The position numbers were made by a program, and so were the translations under genes. The notes beneath the pieces were generated by a model. That model did no database searches. It saw only the letters and a list, made by a program, of their open reading frames with translations, and had not been told where the DNA came from. Below, piece by piece: positions 59,139-64,000 of a stretch of DNA of 64,000 nt; the stretch's first letter is position 1; each line of letters opens with the position of its first letter. The stretch lies in assembly GCA_963825815.1 (NCBI GenBank), contig CAWGVB010000008.1, positions 10,444 to 74,443 of the forward strand, given 5' to 3'. Source of the DNA: an uncultured Gemmatimonadales bacterium. GTDB lineage: Bacteria; Gemmatimonadota; Gemmatimonadetes; Gemmatimonadales; GWC2-71-9.

Positions 59139-60986
59139 TCACGGGAGTGAGAACACATACAGCATCCCGCCTTTGGTCGTGGCCTGGGGAAGATCCTTCA
59201 TCGCGTTGACGAACCCGAGCGCCGCACTCGAGTCTCTGACATCCAGACCGCCGGCCACTACGGCGCCGGCCCAGCCGCCCACCCCGGAGAGCACTGCCAC
59301 GTATTCCTTGCCATCCGGTCCCCGATACACGATCGGCTGTCCGATGATCCCGGAGCCCACCTTGAACTTCCACAGCTCCGAGCCGTCTCGCGCGTTGAGC
59401 GCCTTGAACCAGCCATCCATCGTGCCGTAGAACACGACGTCCCCGGCGGTCACCACCGTTCCGCTCCAGACCGGGAACTTCTCTTTCACTTGCCAGACGG
59501 CCTTGCGCTCCACCGGACTCCAGGCGGTGACCACACCCCGGTTACCACCGGGGCCGGCATACATCTTCACGATCGCGGCCACGTAGGGCGTGCCCGAGAT
59601 GTAGTTGGCCTCGACGGCTTCTTCGTCCTGGCAGAGGTTCTGGTGCGGGATGTACAGCAGGCGGGTGCGCGGGGAGTAGGAGGACGGCTGCCAGTCCTTG
59701 GCCCCGGGGGCCGCCGGGCAGATCTCCCGCACCACCTTCCCAGTCTGCGGCGCCTTCTCCGGTACCTCGATGGGACGTCCGGTCTTGAGGTCGACGCCCT
59801 TGGTGGTGGTGATGTAGCCGTAGGGATCGGCCGAGAGAACTTCACCGGTGGTGCGGTCCAGCACGTAGATGTAGCCATCCCGCTCCGGCCGAACCAGCAC
59901 CTTCCGCATTTGCCCCTTGATCGGCAGATCCAGCAGAACCAGCTCGTTGATGCCATCGTAGTCGAACAGGTCGTGCGGACTCCACTGGTAGCTCCAGACC
60001 GCCTGCCCGTCATCCGGGTCACGGGCGAACATGGCGGCGGTCCACTTGTTGTCGCCCGGTCTCACATCGGGGTTCCAGGGTCCGGGATTGGCGGTGCCGT
60101 AGTAGATCAGATCGAGATCGGGGTCGTAGGAGATCCAGCCCCATACGCCGCCGCCCCCAATCTTCCAGGCGTCGCCCGGCCAGGTGGAAACACCGAGATC
60201 CTTGCCTTTGTCATGCGAGTAGAACGGCTTGAACCGGGAGCCGATCAACACGTCCTTGTCGGGGCCGGTATGGTAGGCTCTCCAGGCGAGCTTCCCGGTC
60301 TTTGCGTCGAGGGCGGTAAGCCAGCCGCGAACACCAAATTCTCCGCCGCTGTTTCCCACCAGGACTTTGCCCTTGACCACCAGCGGCGCCATCGTGGTGC
60401 TCTCGCCCTTGTTGATGTCACCGACCCGGGTGCTCCAGACCTCTTTCCCGCTCTTGGCATCAACCGCGTGCGTGGTCGCGTCCAGGCTGTTGAAGTAAAT
60501 CTTTCCGTCGTAGTATGCCGCCCCCCGGTTCACCAGATCGCAACAGGCCACGCCCTGCGACGCAAGCGCGGGACTCGGCTTGTAGGTCCACTTTGCCGGT
60601 GCGCCCGGCTGGGTGAGATCCAGCGCGTACAGATAATTCGGGAACGGCGTCACGATGTACATCGTGTTGTTGACCACCAATGGCGCCGCTTCGTGGCCCC
60701 GAGTCACTCCGGTGGAGAAGGTCCAGGCCAGTTTCAACTGGCCCACGTTCTGGGTGGTGATTTGACTCAGGGCGCTGTAGCGAGTGGATGCGTAGTTCCG
60801 GGCGGGCATGATCCATTGCCCGTCATCCGCACTGTCCGACGAGGGCGTTGCTGCAACGCGGCCGGGGAGGGTGGCGGTGTGCTGGCCGGGATGCACCGGG
60901 CGATCAGGTGAACGCGAACACCCAACCAGAAGGAGGAGGGCGCCACCGATCCGGATACATCTGCCAAACTGCGAGCTCACGCTCAT
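59139..60986 (-). CDS. PQQ-dependent methanol/ethanol-family dehydrogenase (type I quinoprotein ADH), lipoprotein-type signal
   Basis: Intact ORF with start MSVSSQFGRCIRIGGALLLLVGC at 60986. It has the vicinal Cys pair GVACCDLVNRG, W-motif propeller repeats and ..SPHDLFDYDGINE... Confidence 0.9.
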   Translation of the reverse strand: MSVSSQFGRCIRIGGALLLLVGCSRSPDRPVHPGQHTATLPGRVAATPSSDSADDGQWIMPARNYASTRYSALSQITTQNVGQLKLAWTFSTGVTRGHEAAPLVVNNTMYIVTPFPNYLYALDLTQPGAPAKWTYKPSPALASQGVACCDLVNRGAAYYDGKIYFNSLDATTHAVDAKSGKEVWSTRVGDINKGESTTMAPLVVKGKVLVGNSGGEFGVRGWLTALDAKTGKLAWRAYHTGPDKDVLIGSRFKPFYSHDKGKDLGVSTWPGDAWKIGGGGVWGWISYDPDLDLIYYGTANPGPWNPDVRPGDNKWTAAMFARDPDDGQAVWSYQWSPHDLFDYDGINELVLLDLPIKGQMRKVLVRPERDGYIYVLDRTTGEVLSADPYGYITTTKGVDLKTGRPIEVPEKAPQTGKVVREICPAAPGAKDWQPSSYSPRTRLLYIPHQNLCQDEEAVEANYISGTPYVAAIVKMYAGPGGNRGVVTAWSPVERKAVWQVKEKFPVWSGTVVTAGDVVFYGTMDGWFKALNARDGSELWKFKVGSGIIGQPIVYRGPDGKEYVAVLSGVGGWAGAVVAGGLDVRDSSAALGFVNAMKDLPQATTKGGMLYVFSLP

Positions 60987-61054
60987 CCTGCCGATGTGAG
61001 GAGAGGCAATAATTGTCGGCACGGGGATACGCTGCTGTGACCCACGCTACAATG

Positions 61055-61085
61055 GCATGGGCTGTTTATACTATTCAGCCCATGC
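61055..61085. promoter_or_regulatory. perfect 10-bp inverted repeat enclosing the lyase start codon
   Basis: GCATGGGCTG, then the loop TTTATACTATT, then CAGCCCATGC. ATG 61082-61084 lies in the right arm. TACAAT (61048) and TATACT (61068) are -10-like hexamers. Confidence 0.4.
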
Positions 61086-62458
61086 GAACCATCATCGAGC
61101 CGTTCAAGATCAAGGCCGTCGAGCCCATTCGGATGACGACGGCCGAGGAGCGGGATCGTAAGCTGCGCGCGGCCGGCTTCAACGTGTTCCTGCTTCCCGC
61201 CGAGGACGTGCTCATCGACCTGTTGACCGACAGCGGCACGGCAGCGATGAGCTCGGAGCAGTGGGCGGCCGTCATGCGGGGTGACGAGTCTTATGCCGGA
61301 AGCCGTTCCTGGTACCGCTTCGAGGCGGCGGTGCACGATATCTTCGGCTTCCGCCACGTCCTGCCCACCCACCAGGGCCGCGCCGCGGAGCGGATTCTCT
61401 TCTCGGTGCTGTGCCGGCCGGGACATGTGGTTCCCAACAACACCCATTTCGATACCACCCGCGCCAACATCGAGTTCACCGGGGCGGAGGCACGCGATCT
61501 GGTGATCCCGGAAGGCCGGATCCCCTCCGCCCGTCACCCATTCAAGGGGAACATGGATGTGGAGGCCCTGCGCCGGCTGATCGCCGAGGTTGGCGCCGAG
61601 CGGGTTCCGCTCTGCATGCTCACCGTCACCAACAACTCCGGTGGGGGGCAGCCGGTGTCGATGGCCAATGTACGGGCCGTCTCCGGAATCTGCAAAGAAT
61701 ATGGGATCCCATTGTATATCGATGCCTGCCGGTTCGCCGAAAACGCCTACTTCATCAAGCTCCGGGAAGAGGGCTATGCCGGCCGGCGGCCGGTCGAGAT
61801 CGCCCGGGAGCTGTTCTCCTACGCCGACGGCTGCACCATGTCGGCCAAGAAGGACGGTCTGGCCAACATCGGCGGGCTCCTGGCCACCAACGACGAGCGC
61901 CTGGCGTCGAAGGAGCGGAACCTGCTGATTCTGACCGAAGGGTTTCCCACCTACGGCGGGATGGCCGGGCGCGACCTGGACGCGATTGCGGTCGGGCTGC
62001 ATGAGGCTCTGGACGAGGACTATCTCCTCTACCGAATCCGCTCGACCACCTATCTGGGGGAGCACATTGCCCAGGCCGGCGTCCCCATCGTGCAGCCGCC
62101 CGGGGGTCACGCGATCTATGTGGACGCCGCGGCCTTCTTTCCCCAGATCCCCCCGCTCCAGCTTCCCGGCCAGGCCCTGGTGGTGGAGCTGTACCGGGAG
62201 GCGGGAATCCGGGGAGTCGAGATCGGCACCGTCATGTTCGGCAAGCGGGATCCGGAAAGCGGACAGGAGACTGCGGCAGCGATGGAGCTGGTGCGGCTGG
62301 CGATTCCGCGTCGGGTCTACACCCAGAGTCACATCGACTACGTGGTCGAGGCCATTCTCCAGGTCTGGGAGCGCCGGGCGAATGTGCGGGGATACCGCTT
62401 TGCCGAACAGGCCCCCTGGCTGCGCCACTTCACCGCGCGATTCGAGGAGGTGGCATAA
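61082..62458 (+). CDS. beta-eliminating lyase (tryptophanase / tyrosine phenol-lyase family)
   Basis: MRTIIEPFKIKAVEPIRMTT.., ..LLTDSGT.., ..TNNSGGGQPVS.. and the PLP lysine in ..CTMSAKKDGL... An in-frame upstream ATG at 61052 (MAWAVYTIQP) is an alternative start. Confidence 0.85.
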   Translation: MRTIIEPFKIKAVEPIRMTTAEERDRKLRAAGFNVFLLPAEDVLIDLLTDSGTAAMSSEQWAAVMRGDESYAGSRSWYRFEAAVHDIFGFRHVLPTHQGRAAERILFSVLCRPGHVVPNNTHFDTTRANIEFTGAEARDLVIPEGRIPSARHPFKGNMDVEALRRLIAEVGAERVPLCMLTVTNNSGGGQPVSMANVRAVSGICKEYGIPLYIDACRFAENAYFIKLREEGYAGRRPVEIARELFSYADGCTMSAKKDGLANIGGLLATNDERLASKERNLLILTEGFPTYGGMAGRDLDAIAVGLHEALDEDYLLYRIRSTTYLGEHIAQAGVPIVQPPGGHAIYVDAAAFFPQIPPLQLPGQALVVELYREAGIRGVEIGTVMFGKRDPESGQETAAAMELVRLAIPRRVYTQSHIDYVVEAILQVWERRANVRGYRFAEQAPWLRHFTARFEEVA

Positions 62459-62469
62459 CTCAGCGGCCT

Positions 62470-63524
62470 GAGGATCCCCTTCGGCTCGTTGCCGTCGGCT
62501 GCGGCCGGGTGTTCGAGCGATTTCACCTGCCGGCACTCCTAGCCCAGGCCCGCTGGTCCCTGATTGGCGTCGCCGATCCTCGGCCCGAGCGGCTGGCATG
62601 GATCAAGGGCCGGCTTCCGTCAGTGGCCGCCGATGGTTCACTGGCACCCCTCCTCACCCGGCTTCAACCCGACGCAGTTCTGATCAGCTCATCGCCCGAG
62701 AGTCACTGCTCCCTGGCGGAGGAGGCGTTGCGCGGCGGAGCCCATGTGCTGCTCGAGAAGCCTATGGTGCTTCAGACCTCCGAGGCCAGGTTGTTGCTCG
62801 ATCTGGCACGCTCTCGCAACCGGCAAATCTGGGTGGGATTCAACCGCCGATTCCGGCCGGCTTATCTCGAGCTGCGCGCGAGACTCGAGCGAGAGCCTGG
62901 CAGTACGGTCCGCTCCGTTCGCTTCGAGCTTCACTCCGATCCGCTCGGCTGGAATCCGGTGGCGTCGCATCTACGCGAGCCGGACAGGTCGGCAGCCCTG
63001 CTTCAGGATATCGCATCCCATCAGCTCGACCTCATACCCTGGCTGATGGGCCGGGTCCCCACCCGGGTGCGAGCTCGGTCGATGCAGCAGGATGCGCCAG
63101 GCACCCGGATTCGGCTCGACCTGCAGTTCGAGGGCAACCTGATCGCCTCCTGCCTGGCAGGTCATGTCCCAGGATACGTCGAGCGTCTGGAGATCAATGT
63201 CGGCGGACAGGAGTTGCTCGCCGGTCCGGGAGGCATTTTGCGGAGAGGAATCTTGCCCCGATCCCTGGCGTACCGGTGGCTCGAGGGTCGAACGCGGTTG
63301 CGGGCGGTGGCCCATAAATTGATGGGTCACCCCGGCGATACGCTGAGCACATTTCGCCGGCAACTCCACGCCTGGGCCCAGGCGATCGGCTCTCCTGCAG
63401 CCAGGAAAGCTCGCCGGCCGCGGATGGACTTGCCGGTGCTCGCTCCGTGGCCCTGGTGGACGCCTCCATTCGGAGTCTTGCCGCCGACGGCGCCTGGGTG
63501 GACACCCCCGACCCTTATAACTGA
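62470..63524 (+). pseudogene. Gfo/Idh/MocA-family oxidoreductase; no canonical start for the Rossmann N-terminus, one frame break near 63415
   Basis: The in-frame sequence ..RLVAVGCGRVFERFHLPALL.. precedes the ORF-track GTG at 62509, with EKPM in the body. The shifted tail ..GLAGARSVALVDASIRSLAADGAWVDTPDPYN* ends at TGA 63522-63524. Confidence 0.7.
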
Positions 63525-63537
63525 CGACCCAACGACA

Positions 63538-64000
63538 ATGACATCACGCCGGCCGGTTCTGTTGATTGGATGGGATGCAGCCGACCAGGAGTTGGTCGAG
63601 CGGCTCTGCGCCGCGGGCGAGCTGCCGACTCTTTCCGCGGCTCAAGGCCCGGGGCGCCTACGGGTCGCTCGAGGGCTGCGCGTCCCGTTTTGCCGGCGGC
63701 GTATGGCCCACCTTCTACACTGGCCGTGATGTCGCGTGGCACGGCCTCTACCACAACAAGATCTGGCGACAGGAGCGGATGCAGGTCGAGCTGGCCGACG
63801 AGACCTGGTTTCCCGAGCCGCCATTCTGGGAGCTCCTGGACGGCAAGCAGCTCAGGGTCGCGGTTCTCGATGTGCCGATGACGGTGGCCTCACCCAAGCC
63901 GATCAATGGAGTCCACCTGGCGGGTTGGGGAACCCACGACGTGATCGCCCGAGGAGCCTGGCCGGCCGAGCTCTGGAACGGTCTGGAGAAAGAGTTCGGT
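63538..64000 (+). pseudogene. alkaline-phosphatase-superfamily (nucleotide pyrophosphatase/phosphodiesterase-like) protein, 5' part only; one frame break near 63632
   Basis: MTSRRPVLLIGWDAADQELVERLCAAGELPTL. The shifted frame reads ..RLKARGAYGSLEGCASRFAGGVWPTFYTGRDVAWHGLYHNKIW.. and is still open at base 64000. Confidence 0.55.

Noticed and set aside
59490-60911. 473-aa plus-strand ORF
   Set aside because: It is antisense to the intact PQQ dehydrogenase.
60983-62599. 538-aa minus-strand ORF
   Set aside because: It is antisense to the intact beta-eliminating lyase.
1-64000. Frame changes as programmed ribosomal frameshifting or recoding
   Set aside because: There are far too many, scattered across unrelated genes. 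I saw no recurring slippery heptamer or downstream pseudoknot pattern at the break points I inspected.

Overview
GC-rich (about 65-70% G+C by eye) chromosomal segment from a diderm bacterium, shown by OmpA-, TolC- and Omp85-type genes. Gene content resembles soil Gemmatimonadota or Acidobacteriota, but the phylum cannot be proven from this window. I resolve about 57 protein-coding loci and one five-tRNA operon (His-Trp-Glu-Glu-Lys, minus strand). I found no rRNA, CRISPR array, transposase, integrase or phage genes. Left to right: heparinase-like gene, GHMP kinase and a peptide-type ABC importer; a secreted metzincin; a DmpA/NUDIX/methyltransferase operon; a Ser/Thr kinase; two TLC/MFS-like transporters flanking a metallophosphoesterase and an Omp85-like OMP; mmsA plus a class-III aminotransferase; an orphan DNA-repair-type radical SAM gene; a HEAT lipoprotein and a TSP3-OmpA; an AT-richer ORFan with two CxxCH motifs; an ArsR-headed RND efflux operon; a DUF1111 di-haem protein; sdhCAB; a sulfatase; a hybrid histidine kinase; MarR; the tRNA operon; EamA, DUF937 and an NRAMP-PRC-PRC unit; a minus-strand run from a PQQ alcohol dehydrogenase through cytochrome c and a complete caa3 oxidase to CtaG; and a tryptophanase-family lyase. 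Two features stand out. (1) About half the genes are interrupted by frame changes even though the protein sense continues immediately in another frame. This affects sdhA, ctaD and ctaE, and I read it mainly as consensus indel error, possibly with some real decay. In the feature table, type 'pseudogene' means only 'reading frame interrupted in this sequence'. (2) Many spacers between 29.6 and 59.1 kb carry tandem 7-8-nt unit arrays, often as inverted pairs forming long hairpins. At least two unit families recur (GACTCGY and GGTRAGC), and two G-rich arrays fit a canonical G-quadruplex motif on the coding strand just upstream of start codons. I do not see a clear novel multi-gene system such as defence or secretion. 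The best follow-ups are the periodic spacer elements, the CxxCH ORFan, the PQQ-ADH/oxidase run and the TLC-phosphoesterase-OMP cluster. All coordinates of frame breaks and alternative starts come from hand translation and are approximate.
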